64,000 bases of DNA from an uncultured Gammaproteobacteria bacterium (GTDB lineage: Bacteria > Patescibacteriota > Patescibacteriia > HK-STAS-PATE-3), in assembly GCA_964637345.1 (NCBI GenBank), contig CAZWTD010000002.1:6426-70425 (forward strand), read 5' to 3'. The notes under the pieces are model-generated. The model saw only the letters and a program-made list of their open reading frames with translations, was not told where the DNA came from and did not search any database. Position numbers and translations under genes: made by a program. Below, piece by piece: positions 48,064 through 57,641 of this stretch. Every line of letters starts with the position of its first letter. The first letter of the stretch is position 1.

Positions 48064-49317
48064 ATGGCGTCCCGTATTTACTCGGTCAGCGAATTTGTTA
48101 CTGGTTTACGCGAGGTTCTTCGCCACACGATTGGCGTGGTGACGATTCAAGGCGAGGTCACGAATTATCGGGCCCAGCAGTCGAATCTCGTGTTCTTCGA
48201 GTTGAAAGATAAAGAGAGTTGCTTGCTCTGCTTCGGACTCTCGCATGAAGTTCGGATGAAACTCGAAGACGGGATGGAGCTTCAGGTGACTGGCTACCCC
48301 TCCTTATTCCAAAAACGAGGAAGCTTTCATTTTCGGGTGATGGAGCTTCGTCCAGTTGGCGCAGGCGCCCTCCAAAAAGCCCTTGAGGAATTGAAGCGTC
48401 GGTTGGAGGCGGAGGGGGTTTTTCGTTCCGAGCGGAAACGTCCGCTTCCGCGCTTCCCGGAGCGAATCGGTTTGATTACGTCTCCGGACGCGGCCGCGTA
48501 CACTGACGTCCTCCGCGTGCTTCAGAACCGCTGGGGAGGACTACGGGTGTTGTTTTTCCCAGTCGCTGTTCAGGGCGGGGGAGCGGCGCGCCAAATCGCC
48601 CAGGCGCTACGGGCAGCCGGTCAAGAGTCGCTCGATGCAATTATTCTCACCCGGGGTGGCGGATCGCTTGAGGACCTTCAGTCTTTTAATGATGAAGAAG
48701 TAGCTCGAGCCATTTTCGCGTCGCCAGTTCCGGTTGTGACCGGAGTCGGACATGAGCGGGATTGGACGATTGCCGACCTGGTAGCTGACGTTCGGGCGGC
48801 AACGCCATCGAACGCAGCTGAACTTCTTGTTCCGGATCGTCGCGACATTAACGCGGGAATCGACGCTATGGTCGAATCTCTGAGCGCTTCCTTCTCGCAC
48901 CAGCTCTCTCGACGCGAGGCCGATCTCACCGCACAGTTCAGCGGACTTCAACGCTCGCTCGAGACGAGGTCGCTGCGCCTCCGTTCGCTCCTTGATCGTT
49001 TTGGACGCTTTAACGTGCTTGCTCGTCAGCGCCTTATGAATCGCCAGGCTGATCTTCGAGCAGCTGTACAACTCCTCGTTCGCGGTATCCGCTCGAGCGT
49101 CGCCCGAAACCTTGTTAACCTTGACCAGCAATCACGCCTGCTCGGGTCCTTATCCCCGCAAGCTACGCTTGAACGTGGGTATAGCATTACCCGCCTGGCT
49201 GGTCAGCGCGCTCCGCTTCGAGCCGCGGGGGAGGTCCGGCCAGGGGCCGTACTCACAACACAACTAGCTGATGGATCTCTCTCTTCAACCGTAACTCAGC
49301 ACACTCATGACGACTAA
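48064..49317 (+). CDS. xseA: Exodeoxyribonuclease VII large subunit
   Basis: RGGGSLEDL, GVGHERD, ATPSNAAE. Confidence 0.95.
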   Translation: MASRIYSVSEFVTGLREVLRHTIGVVTIQGEVTNYRAQQSNLVFFELKDKESCLLCFGLSHEVRMKLEDGMELQVTGYPSLFQKRGSFHFRVMELRPVGAGALQKALEELKRRLEAEGVFRSERKRPLPRFPERIGLITSPDAAAYTDVLRVLQNRWGGLRVLFFPVAVQGGGAARQIAQALRAAGQESLDAIILTRGGGSLEDLQSFNDEEVARAIFASPVPVVTGVGHERDWTIADLVADVRAATPSNAAELLVPDRRDINAGIDAMVESLSASFSHQLSRREADLTAQFSGLQRSLETRSLRLRSLLDRFGRFNVLARQRLMNRQADLRAAVQLLVRGIRSSVARNLVNLDQQSRLLGSLSPQATLERGYSITRLAGQRAPLRAAGEVRPGAVLTTQLADGSLSSTVTQHTHDD

Positions 49318-49525
49318 GAAAACCACCCGCCCGACGTCCTTCGCGCAACAGTTCGCCGAGCTTGAGAAAATCACCAGCCTCTTCGAGCGGGACGATCTCG
49401 ACCTCGACCTCGCTATGAAAGAATATGAGCGGGGCTTAGAAATTGCCAAGCAGCTGAAGCTTCGCCTGAAAGATCTCGAGAATACGGTCGAGCGGCTAAA
49501 GAAAAAATTTCAGGAAAATGATTAA
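49307..49525 (+). CDS. xseB: Exodeoxyribonuclease VII small subunit
   Basis: ELEKI..LDLDLAMKEYERG; follows xseA. Confidence 0.88.
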   Translation: MTTKKTTRPTSFAQQFAELEKITSLFERDDLDLDLAMKEYERGLEIAKQLKLRLKDLENTVERLKKKFQEND

Positions 49526-49561
49526 GGTGCGTATTCGCGTACTTCAGGGTATACTGAACAT

Positions 49562-50164
49562 ATGAGACCGACTCATCGCCAAGGAAGAACCACGATCCGC
49601 TGGGGACTCCTTTTTGTCCTGGTTGTCGTTATTGCGGCGCTCGGGTGGTGGACAAACAGCCGTGAGCGAAATATCTCAAGTAACAATACCGCTTTTCCGA
49701 GTAACACAGCGAATGCCACGCGCGTTACGGTCGGGGAGAATGTGAATGCTGCTTTTTCGCTTCTCCCTGACGAAACAGTTCAGCCCGAGCCGCCGAAGAA
49801 AACCACAGCGGATTTTCCGAAGTCTGCTTCGGACTGCACGCAGGCGGACGGAAGCTGGGAGTGGCGCGATTCGCTTTGTTGGCCGAATGATGAAGCAACC
49901 TGTACGTCCTTCGATGGACTCTGGGGCGCCTATGGACTTCATAACGCAACAAGCTGCTATATACGTACCGCTGATGCCGGAAGCGTATGTAGCGATAACG
50001 ATGAGTGTCTCGGCTACTGTATCGTGAGTCCAGGTCAGATTCAGGATCAAGACCGTGATGATGAGGTGAGTAATGTGAAAGGAACCTGCACGCCACGATT
50101 GCCAGTTCGTGATTGCGTGACTGCGCTGACTGATGGGCGTCCGGCCGTTGTCTGTCCGCAATGA
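49562..50164 (+). CDS. Membrane-anchored Cys-rich surface protein
   Basis: N-terminal TM; ten Cys; DAGSVCSDNDECLGYC. Confidence 0.7.
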   Translation: MRPTHRQGRTTIRWGLLFVLVVVIAALGWWTNSRERNISSNNTAFPSNTANATRVTVGENVNAAFSLLPDETVQPEPPKKTTADFPKSASDCTQADGSWEWRDSLCWPNDEATCTSFDGLWGAYGLHNATSCYIRTADAGSVCSDNDECLGYCIVSPGQIQDQDRDDEVSNVKGTCTPRLPVRDCVTALTDGRPAVVCPQ

Positions 50165-50517
50165 CATTGAGTCCTGAGCGCTTTGAGGCGCTGGTTGCTG
50201 AAGCGCTCGACGCGCTCCCGAAGCGATATCGCGATCTTCTCGAAGATGTTGCGGTTGTGATTGAAGATCGCTCGGCGCCGGAGTTGAGGCAGCGGCTGAC
50301 TCTCGGGCGTTACCATGGGGTGCCGCGGCTGATCCGGCAAGGCGTTGATCCTCTCCTCCCGGACCACATTACGCTTTTTCGTGACGACCTCCTCCAAGTC
50401 GCGAATAGCGAGGCGGAGCTAAGAAAGGAGATTGAGGCGACGCTCTGGCATGAGATTGGGCATCACCTTGGTTTTTCAGATGCAGAATTGCTCCGTCTCG
50501 AACGGAAAAAGCGTTGA
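50161..50517 (+). CDS. Minimal zincin metallopeptidase family protein
   Basis: LPDHITLFR, HEIGHHLG. Confidence 0.85.
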   Translation: MTLSPERFEALVAEALDALPKRYRDLLEDVAVVIEDRSAPELRQRLTLGRYHGVPRLIRQGVDPLLPDHITLFRDDLLQVANSEAELRKEIEATLWHEIGHHLGFSDAELLRLERKKR

Positions 50518-50551
50518 GCCTCTCCTCCCTACGTGGTACACTGTTCGCGCT

Positions 50552-51349
50552 ATGGCGGATACTGTTGAGCACATACCGGACCACCTCGTCCCGCACTACG
50601 CTCGGAAGCGCGAGCTTTTGAGGCTGCCTGAAAACACGACGCATCGCCAAATCGAAGACGCCTACCATCAGCGTTCAACGGGTCGCTATTTAGGCGATGT
50701 TATTTTTGGCGCGAACGACGGGTTGATTACAACTTTTGCGGTTGTTGCTGGCGCGGCTGGAGCGGGGCTTACTCCTACGGTTGTCCTTATCATTGGATTT
50801 GCCAACTTACTCGGCGACGGACTTTCGATGGGTCTCGGAAATTATCTCGGGAAAAAGTCGGAGCTGGCCTACCAGAGAAATCAACGCGTAAAAGAAGGCT
50901 GGGAAATTGATCACCTCCGAGAAATCGAGCTTCAGGAGATCCGCGACATTTTTTCGCGTTGGGGCTTTTCTGGGTCTGACCTTGAACGGGCCGTTACAAT
51001 TGTGAGTCAGAAACGCGAGGCGTGGATCGATATAATGATGAAAGAAGAGCTTGGAATTATCGAGGATCATGACGAGCATCCCGGCAAGCACGGAGTCGCG
51101 ACATTTTTTTCTTTTGCCGGCGCGGCATTGCTTCCCCTTTTGCCCTTTGTATTCGGGATGGAAGGGGGAGCGGCCTATGGTGCTTCGGTTGGGATTACGG
51201 CGCTGACGTTATTCTTTGTCGGTGCTTCGCGGAGTCGCTTATCGGCGATGCGTTTTTGGCGGGCCGGCGTTGAGATGCTTTTTGTCGGCGGGATAGCCGC
51301 GCTCGCCGCGTATCTTATTGGCGATATTCTTTCGCGTAGTGTACAATAA
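50552..51349 (+). CDS. VIT1/CCC1 family Fe/Mn transporter
   Basis: GANDGLITT, SMGLGNYL, MMKEELG. Confidence 0.92.
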   Translation: MADTVEHIPDHLVPHYARKRELLRLPENTTHRQIEDAYHQRSTGRYLGDVIFGANDGLITTFAVVAGAAGAGLTPTVVLIIGFANLLGDGLSMGLGNYLGKKSELAYQRNQRVKEGWEIDHLREIELQEIRDIFSRWGFSGSDLERAVTIVSQKREAWIDIMMKEELGIIEDHDEHPGKHGVATFFSFAGAALLPLLPFVFGMEGGAAYGASVGITALTLFFVGASRSRLSAMRFWRAGVEMLFVGGIAALAAYLIGDILSRSVQ

Positions 51350-51389
51350 TCGACTGAAGGATTCGTAAAAAGCTGAAAAGGAAAAGCGT

Positions 51390-52703
51390 ATGAAAACACC
51401 ACAAAGCCGCGCTGCACGCCGGCCGGCCGTTCGATCGACTCGGAGCAGAATAACGAAGTCGAGAATGGCCGAGCTCCCAAGTCCGCCTCGCGAATTAGCT
51501 CTTCCTCCGCCGAAGCGTTGGAAGGCGCTCTGGCGGCCCCTTGCTGTTGTTTTGATTATCGCCCTCGCTATTGCCGGTGCGCTCCTTTTTGGCGCTCCAA
51601 ATTTGTTACGTAAGGGGAGTACTCAACTGAATACGAATACTACAGAAAAGCAGGCAGCGGATACGAGTCTCGTCGCGCAGATTCGGTATGAGTATGAATG
51701 GAAAGGGGAGTCGCTTTCATCAGAAGCGGGCGATCAGCAGGTTGCGTCAACCCCGAAGGCTGTTGTGAGCGAGGGCGATGTTCGGCGGGTGAGCGCAGCC
51801 CTTGGGCTCGGCGAGGAAATTCGAACATCGGAGTACGATGCCGGGGTTATGGCCTTTGAAGCAGGCGCCGTAATGCCGAACGAGCCGCTTGATGCAACGA
51901 CCGATTCCGTTTACTCGGACCCAAACGCCTATCAATTAACCGCCTATTCAAATCAGTCGCATTACTGGTACTCGCTTCTCTCGAGCGGGACCTGGATGCA
52001 GGATCATGCCGCTCCGCTCCCTGATGAAGCTGAAGCGAAAACACTAGCCGAAGCTTTTTTCCGGGATCGAAATCTGTTGCCGAGCGATGCGGGCGGGCCT
52101 TACGTCCGGAGCGCGCAAGAACTACTCGCGTCGATTAGTGCAGAAACTGCCTCAGCGCCCGCTTTTGTCTCTGTCTATTTTACTCGACTCATTGACGGGC
52201 GCGAAGTTGTAGACGAATCCGGTACGCCACTCCCGTACCTGACCTTAGATATCGGCGGTGATCGCAAGATTCTCTCCGCCTCCGGTCCTTTCCAGATTAA
52301 CCCGTCGCTTGAGTTTTCGACTGCACCCGGTCGCTCATCGCAAGCGGCTTGGGACGGTGTTTCGGGAAACGAGTGGGGACCAGGCCGCTATTCCGGAACC
52401 GGAGATGCAACAGCTGCGCCGGTCGCGATATCGATGGATACGCTGACTCTTGCGATGCTGGCTGTTCCCGGGTCTACGGCTGATGAACGGGAGTATTTTG
52501 AAGCGGTCTACGTTTTTGGCGGAACATTAGCCGCGTCTGACGGAAGCGACTCCTACGCCTTCCATATCGTCGCGCCTGCGGTGACCGACGGTCAGTATGA
52601 AGCTTATTTGAAAGATCAAGATGCCACCACGACCGAGCCGATCGGTAGTTCGGAAAGCTCGTCAACCGAAGACGATTCCGACACCACCGTCGAGCCTTAC
52701 TAG
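51390..52703 (+). CDS. Membrane-anchored hypothetical protein
   Basis: Basic N-terminus, single TM, acidic ectodomain. Confidence 0.65.
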   Translation: MKTPQSRAARRPAVRSTRSRITKSRMAELPSPPRELALPPPKRWKALWRPLAVVLIIALAIAGALLFGAPNLLRKGSTQLNTNTTEKQAADTSLVAQIRYEYEWKGESLSSEAGDQQVASTPKAVVSEGDVRRVSAALGLGEEIRTSEYDAGVMAFEAGAVMPNEPLDATTDSVYSDPNAYQLTAYSNQSHYWYSLLSSGTWMQDHAAPLPDEAEAKTLAEAFFRDRNLLPSDAGGPYVRSAQELLASISAETASAPAFVSVYFTRLIDGREVVDESGTPLPYLTLDIGGDRKILSASGPFQINPSLEFSTAPGRSSQAAWDGVSGNEWGPGRYSGTGDATAAPVAISMDTLTLAMLAVPGSTADEREYFEAVYVFGGTLAASDGSDSYAFHIVAPAVTDGQYEAYLKDQDATTTEPIGSSESSSTEDDSDTTVEPY

Positions 52704-53262
52704 CTCATCACCCGAGTCAGCCCCGAAGAAGAAGGATTCGGCGCGCTGGGTTTACCTTATCCTCGGCGGCTTGCTTTGCGCAGCCTTCGGACTTGCTGCC
52801 TGGTCCTTTATCCCAGGGAGCGTGCCGGAGTCCGGACTTCATTATCCGGCAGCTTTTCAGGTTGTTGTCGGCGATCGCGTTGTTGATTTTTCTTCGAGTC
52901 GGTATATGCATACCGAAGCCTGCCTCGAGACAAGTGAGGCTGAAACACCAACAGCACCCGAAGAGCAAATCGAAAAAGCTTTCCTCGTTGGGGGAGTGGG
53001 AGATATTGTGCATGTCCGGCGAGAAGGAGCGATCTGGCAAGACTTGTTTACGAATCTTCAGTATGAATTTCCCTCCCCGGTTATCGGTTTTGTGAACGGG
53101 GAGCGCGTTGATCGCATCCTCGAAATGCCGATTGAGGCGTATCAGCGCGTGGTATTCGTGAGCGGATCGTATTCCGATCTTGAAGGAAAAGCTCAAGACC
53201 TTCCGTCGCTCGATGCAATGAAGAGGGCGGTTCGGGATTCGGAGACGTGCGAAAGCAGCTGA
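52621..53262 (+). CDS. Membrane-anchored hypothetical protein
   Basis: Single TM; overlaps the upstream gene, start uncertain. Confidence 0.55.
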   Translation: MPPRPSRSVVRKARQPKTIPTPPSSLTSSSPESAPKKKDSARWVYLILGGLLCAAFGLAAWSFIPGSVPESGLHYPAAFQVVVGDRVVDFSSSRYMHTEACLETSEAETPTAPEEQIEKAFLVGGVGDIVHVRREGAIWQDLFTNLQYEFPSPVIGFVNGERVDRILEMPIEAYQRVVFVSGSYSDLEGKAQDLPSLDAMKRAVRDSETCESS

Positions 53263-53344
53263 GATGAGCTTGAATAAACCCAAGGCTTGTTCGGTATGAG
53301 CTTTTTTTATATACTATCAGCTCACTGTCAATTTTCATTCATGT

Positions 53345-54262
53345 ATGGCTGATATTATTGAAGTAAAGGATCTAACGAAGCGCTACGGGGACTTTACCGC
53401 GGTTGACGGTATCTCCTTTTCTGTTCGTACCGGAGAAACGTTCGGTATCCTCGGTCCGAACGGGGCCGGGAAGACGACCACGCTGGAAATGCTCGAAGGC
53501 CTGAAAAGCATTAGCTCCGGACAAGCAACGCTTGATGGTCACAACGTTCAACGTGAGGCCCGCTTAGTAAAATCGCTTATTGGCGTTCAGCTCCAGGCTT
53601 CGTCCTTCTTCGATGGATTAAACCTTAAGGAGCTGCTCGAAACTTTCGGTTCGCTTTATGGGCGGAAGGTTGATGCGATGGCGCTTCTTCGAGACGTTCA
53701 ACTTGAGGAAAAAGCGAAAAATCTTGTCCGTGAACTCTCGGGCGGCCAAAAGCAGCGCCTCTCGATCGCCGTCGCGCTGGTGAATGATCCGAAGGTGCTC
53801 TTCCTTGATGAACCGACGACCGGCCTAGACCCGCAGGCTCGCCGAAATCTCTGGGACCTCATTACGGAGATCAAAGGACGAGGCAAGACGATTGTCCTGA
53901 CAACCCATTACATGGAAGAGGCGGAAGTGCTTTGCGACCGAATTGCAATCATGGATCACGCAAAGATCATCGCACTTGATACGCCGCTCAAGCTTCTCAA
54001 GCAAGCGGACGTCGATTCAACGATTGAGTTCCATTTCGATGGAGCGTGTACCGAGGATCGGCTTAAAGCGCTTCCCGGCGTAACCGAAGCGAAGCAAGAA
54101 GACCACTCCTTCCGCGTCCTAACTCGGGATCCGGAGCAAGCGCTCCCTGCGCTCTTCGCCTACGAAAAGGAAGTCGGCTTCACGTTGTCCAACCTTCAGC
54201 TTCGTCAGGCAACGCTCGAAGACGTGTTCCTGAAGTTCACCGGCCGAAGCCTCCGCGACTAA
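53345..54262 (+). CDS. ABC-2 exporter ATP-binding protein
   Basis: GPNGAGKTT, LSGGQ, LDEPT. Confidence 0.95.
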   Translation: MADIIEVKDLTKRYGDFTAVDGISFSVRTGETFGILGPNGAGKTTTLEMLEGLKSISSGQATLDGHNVQREARLVKSLIGVQLQASSFFDGLNLKELLETFGSLYGRKVDAMALLRDVQLEEKAKNLVRELSGGQKQRLSIAVALVNDPKVLFLDEPTTGLDPQARRNLWDLITEIKGRGKTIVLTTHYMEEAEVLCDRIAIMDHAKIIALDTPLKLLKQADVDSTIEFHFDGACTEDRLKALPGVTEAKQEDHSFRVLTRDPEQALPALFAYEKEVGFTLSNLQLRQATLEDVFLKFTGRSLRD

Positions 54263-54272
54263 CCTTACGACC

Positions 54273-55391
54273 ATGACGCAACGGATTCATACCATCCCAA
54301 AACTCACCCTCGGCGCATTGAAGATGTTTATCCGGAATAAGCAGTCGCTCTTCTTTACGCTCTTCATGCCCTTTATCATCATGACGATTTTCGGCTTAAT
54401 CGGCTTTGATAAGCCGATGAAGATCGATATCGGGGTTGTGACGAACTCACCGACGGCCGAAACGACGGAATTCGTCGAACAGCTTAAGGCGATCGAGGCC
54501 TTTGTCGTTCATACGGGAGCGATTGACGATGAGCGTACCGCGTTGGAGAAAGGCGATCGAACAGTCGTTCTCCAGGTTCCCGATGCCTTGATGCCAAACC
54601 GATCGGGGCAGCCCGGCGCGCTAACTCCCCAGACGCTGACGGTTTTCACGAATGACCAGCAGCCGCAGCAAGTTCAGACTGCGCTAACGATTCTCAATCA
54701 GATTCTCGATAAGACGACCTTGGCCGCGGTTCAGGCTCCGACTTTGTTCACGATTGCTACGGAGAGTATTAGCACGCGGAATATCCGCTACATCGACTTC
54801 CTCTTGCCGGGGATTGTCGGCATGTCGATTATGCAGATGGCGGTGTTTTCGGTCGCTTTCGTGTTCGCCGACTATAAAGAGAAGGGGATTCTGAAGCGGC
54901 TTGTCGCAACCCCGATGAAGCCCTTTCAGTTCGTGACCGCGAATGTGATTACCCGGCTTCTCGTCGCGATTCTTCAGACTGCGGTTCTGATTGCGCTCGG
55001 CGTCCTCCTCTATAAGTCGACGGTCGTTGGATCCTACTGGCTCATCCTCCTCATTTCGATTCTTGGCGGAACGATGTTCTTGGGGCTCGGATTTACGATC
55101 TCCGGACTTGCGAAAACGGTTGAGGCGGTTCCGGCGATTGCCAACCTCATTGTCTTCCCGATGCTCTTCCTCGGCGGAACCTTTTTCCCGCTGACGAGCA
55201 TGCCGGATTGGCTTCAGCATGTCGTGACCTTCCTGCCGCTCCAGTATTTCACTGACGCCTTGCGTCAGGTTATGACGCAGGGAGCCGGGATCGGCGCGAT
55301 TGCGCACGATCTCTATTGGATGATCGGCTGGTCGGTTGTTATGGTTGTTCTCGCGAATTTCACCTTTAGTCTCGAGGAGAAGCGCGTCTAA
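54273..55391 (+). CDS. ABC-2 exporter permease
   Basis: YIDFLLPG, GILKRL..TP, FLGGTFFP. Confidence 0.92.
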   Translation: MTQRIHTIPKLTLGALKMFIRNKQSLFFTLFMPFIIMTIFGLIGFDKPMKIDIGVVTNSPTAETTEFVEQLKAIEAFVVHTGAIDDERTALEKGDRTVVLQVPDALMPNRSGQPGALTPQTLTVFTNDQQPQQVQTALTILNQILDKTTLAAVQAPTLFTIATESISTRNIRYIDFLLPGIVGMSIMQMAVFSVAFVFADYKEKGILKRLVATPMKPFQFVTANVITRLLVAILQTAVLIALGVLLYKSTVVGSYWLILLISILGGTMFLGLGFTISGLAKTVEAVPAIANLIVFPMLFLGGTFFPLTSMPDWLQHVVTFLPLQYFTDALRQVMTQGAGIGAIAHDLYWMIGWSVVMVVLANFTFSLEEKRV

Positions 55392-55425
55392 CTATTTGAA
55401 GTTTTATTCTTCACGCTCAACGCGT

Positions 55426-55659
55426 ATGACCGAAGAATTCCGCGTCAACGGCGAACAGCTCGTTGCCAAAGTGAAGGAGATTATCCACGAAGGAAACGTT
55501 CGTCGGATTATCCTAAAGCAGGACGACAAGACTCTACTCGAAATTCCGGTTACCTGGGCGGCGGTTGGGGCGATTCTCGCGCCGGTTCTCGCTGCGGTCG
55601 GAGCGCTCGCTGCGCTCGTGACAGAGTGCACAATCGTGGTCGAGAAGCGTGATGAATGA
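55426..55659 (+). CDS. DUF4342 family protein
   Basis: KVKEIIHEGNVRRI..LEIP. Confidence 0.8.
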   Translation: MTEEFRVNGEQLVAKVKEIIHEGNVRRIILKQDDKTLLEIPVTWAAVGAILAPVLAAVGALAALVTECTIVVEKRDE

Positions 55660-55996
55660 ACTCACAAGCAAGCGCTGCGTGCCGTGTGAAGGCGGGATTC
55701 CGCCGGCAACCGATGAGGAAATTGCCCGGCTCCTCCCCCAAGTTTCGGGGTGGGAGGTGCGCGAACTTGAGATCAATACGGTCCGAATGAAGTCGCTCCA
55801 GAAGCGAATGACCTTCAAAGACTTTCGATCCGCGATGGCGTTCTTGAGAAAAGTTGAAGACCTAGCTGAACAGGAAGGGCATCATCCGGACTTTTGCGTT
55901 CACTACAACAAGGTTGATTTCACGCTCTACACTCATGCGATCAGAGGATTGCATGAAAATGACTTCATCCTCGCGGCGAAGATAAATTCATTGTAG
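55652..55996 (+). CDS. Pterin-4-alpha-carbinolamine dehydratase family protein
   Basis: CVPCEGG, GHHPD, THAIRGLHENDFILAAKI. Confidence 0.9.
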   Translation: MNELTSKRCVPCEGGIPPATDEEIARLLPQVSGWEVRELEINTVRMKSLQKRMTFKDFRSAMAFLRKVEDLAEQEGHHPDFCVHYNKVDFTLYTHAIRGLHENDFILAAKINSL

Positions 55997-56166
55997 GAAT
56001 TAACTCAGGGACTGATTTGTAGTTCTGAAAATAAACGCCTTTGTCTGGGAGGATCTTTTTGTTATTTGTTCTAACGATAGGGTTGACAATCTCCAAGCTT
56101 TAAAGTATGTTTTCCTGTCGCCCAAAGTGGGTGTCAAGGAATCCGTCGAACCTGCTGGGAGGGAAA

Positions 56167-56868
56167 ATGGGACGGAAGAAGTCGCGGAGAAAGGGCAGTT
56201 TCAGAAAAGCGAGCTTCGTGATCGCGCTTTTCTGCGCCATGCTCACCTTCGGGATTGTGTTCAATACCACATCGAGGCGGTCCGTTCCGCCCGGTTCATT
56301 ACAACCTCACCCTGAGTTTCCTGACTCGCTCCACGAAGCGCTGCTCGATCTCATTGAGCACCACCCCGATCCTCTCGTTTCAGACACGACGTATGCGCTC
56401 TACCGGGCAGGTCGTCTTTCGATCGGCCTTGAAAGTATTGGCAACTCTACTGAAATGGGACGTTTGCAGTTGTATCAAACCCCCCGGGGAAGCGTTTTGG
56501 GGCTAGTAGTCAATGCCGCGTTTCTCTCTTCTCCGAAGGCGAGCACCTGCAATAAACAGGCCAATATCCTACACGAGTGCGTTCACGTCCGGCAATTTCT
56601 TAAGGGAAGAATAAGCGCAGGCATGCTGAGTGGCCTTGCTCACGGAGAAGATGAGCTTCGCCAATGGTACGAGAGCGAGGTAGAGGCCCATCAAATCGCA
56701 GCTGAGTTTATGATTCGGAACGGCTGCGCCTCTGAGCACGTTACCGCTCAAGCTTTTGCTAACGGTGGGCGCGATTCATTGCGTCTAGCTGTGGCCAGAG
56801 TTTACTGTAACCCCGATGTCGTATCGCCAGAGGCATATGACATAATCTGGGATCAGGCGAGTAGGTGA
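56167..56868 (+). CDS. Orphan membrane-anchored zincin-like protein
   Basis: TM; HECVH followed by SEVEAH; SD GGAGG. Confidence 0.6.
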   Translation: MGRKKSRRKGSFRKASFVIALFCAMLTFGIVFNTTSRRSVPPGSLQPHPEFPDSLHEALLDLIEHHPDPLVSDTTYALYRAGRLSIGLESIGNSTEMGRLQLYQTPRGSVLGLVVNAAFLSSPKASTCNKQANILHECVHVRQFLKGRISAGMLSGLAHGEDELRQWYESEVEAHQIAAEFMIRNGCASEHVTAQAFANGGRDSLRLAVARVYCNPDVVSPEAYDIIWDQASR

Positions 56869-56902
56869 TGTTCTTTTTTCAAGCTTCGAAAAAGGCGAAG
56901 CG

Positions 56903-56930
56903 GCCCGCGAATTATCCACGCGGGCTTTTT
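56903..56930 (+). terminator. Intrinsic terminator
   Basis: GCCCGCG / CGCGGGC stem plus TTTTT. Confidence 0.75.
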
Positions 56931-57062
56931 ATTATTTAAGATGCTCAGCCCAGCGGACTTCGCCTAGTAGAGCGGCGCCTCATTCGAAACCCCGAGGCCG
57001 GTTTTCGTCCCATCGCAGCGCGTGCTATACTGTTCCTCAATTCATCAGTAAGGAGTTTCCCT

Positions 57063-57569
57063 ATGAGTAAAACCATTCTCATACTTACCATTCTCTTCGT
57101 TGTCGCTGTAGTCCTCGGTGGCCTCATCTTCGCCCTGAACCAGGGAAGCTCGTCCACGAATGAAAACACGAATACGTCGACGAACACCGCAAATCAAAAT
57201 GCAAGAGTCGGGAACACGAACACCCGAACGAACAGCTCAGCGCAGAATAGCAACACCTCGTCAGCCAATAGCAATACGAATGCCAGCGCGACGACCGAGA
57301 TTTCCATCACAGATGAGGGGTTTTCTCCAGAGTCGCTGACCGTGAACGCTGGGCAACGAGTCACCTGGACGAATACTGACAACATTGTGCATTATGTTGC
57401 CCCGAACGACCACCCGAGCCATCAGCGCTACGCCGGTGTTTGGGATGATGACGGATCGGGACGCATCAGCCCAGGGGAAACCTATTCGATCACGATTTCA
57501 ACGCCGGGGACCTATCGCTATCACGACCATCTGGATTCGAGCGTGATCGGAACCTTGATTGTCGAATAA
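57063..57569 (+). CDS. Cupredoxin-fold surface protein on an Asn/Thr stalk
   Basis: FSPESLTVNAGQRVTWTN..H..PGETYS..GTYRYHDH. Confidence 0.85.
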   Translation: MSKTILILTILFVVAVVLGGLIFALNQGSSSTNENTNTSTNTANQNARVGNTNTRTNSSAQNSNTSSANSNTNASATTEISITDEGFSPESLTVNAGQRVTWTNTDNIVHYVAPNDHPSHQRYAGVWDDDGSGRISPGETYSITISTPGTYRYHDHLDSSVIGTLIVE

Positions 57570-57578
57570 CGCAAAGAA

Positions 57579-57610
57579 GAAAAACTCGGTCCAGACTGGC
57601 CGAGTTTTTC
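57579..57610. terminator. Terminator hairpin
   Basis: GAAAAACTCGG / CCGAGTTTTTC. Confidence 0.75.
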
Positions 57611-57641
57611 GTTCGCGCGCCTCGTGCTAAAGTACTAGAGT

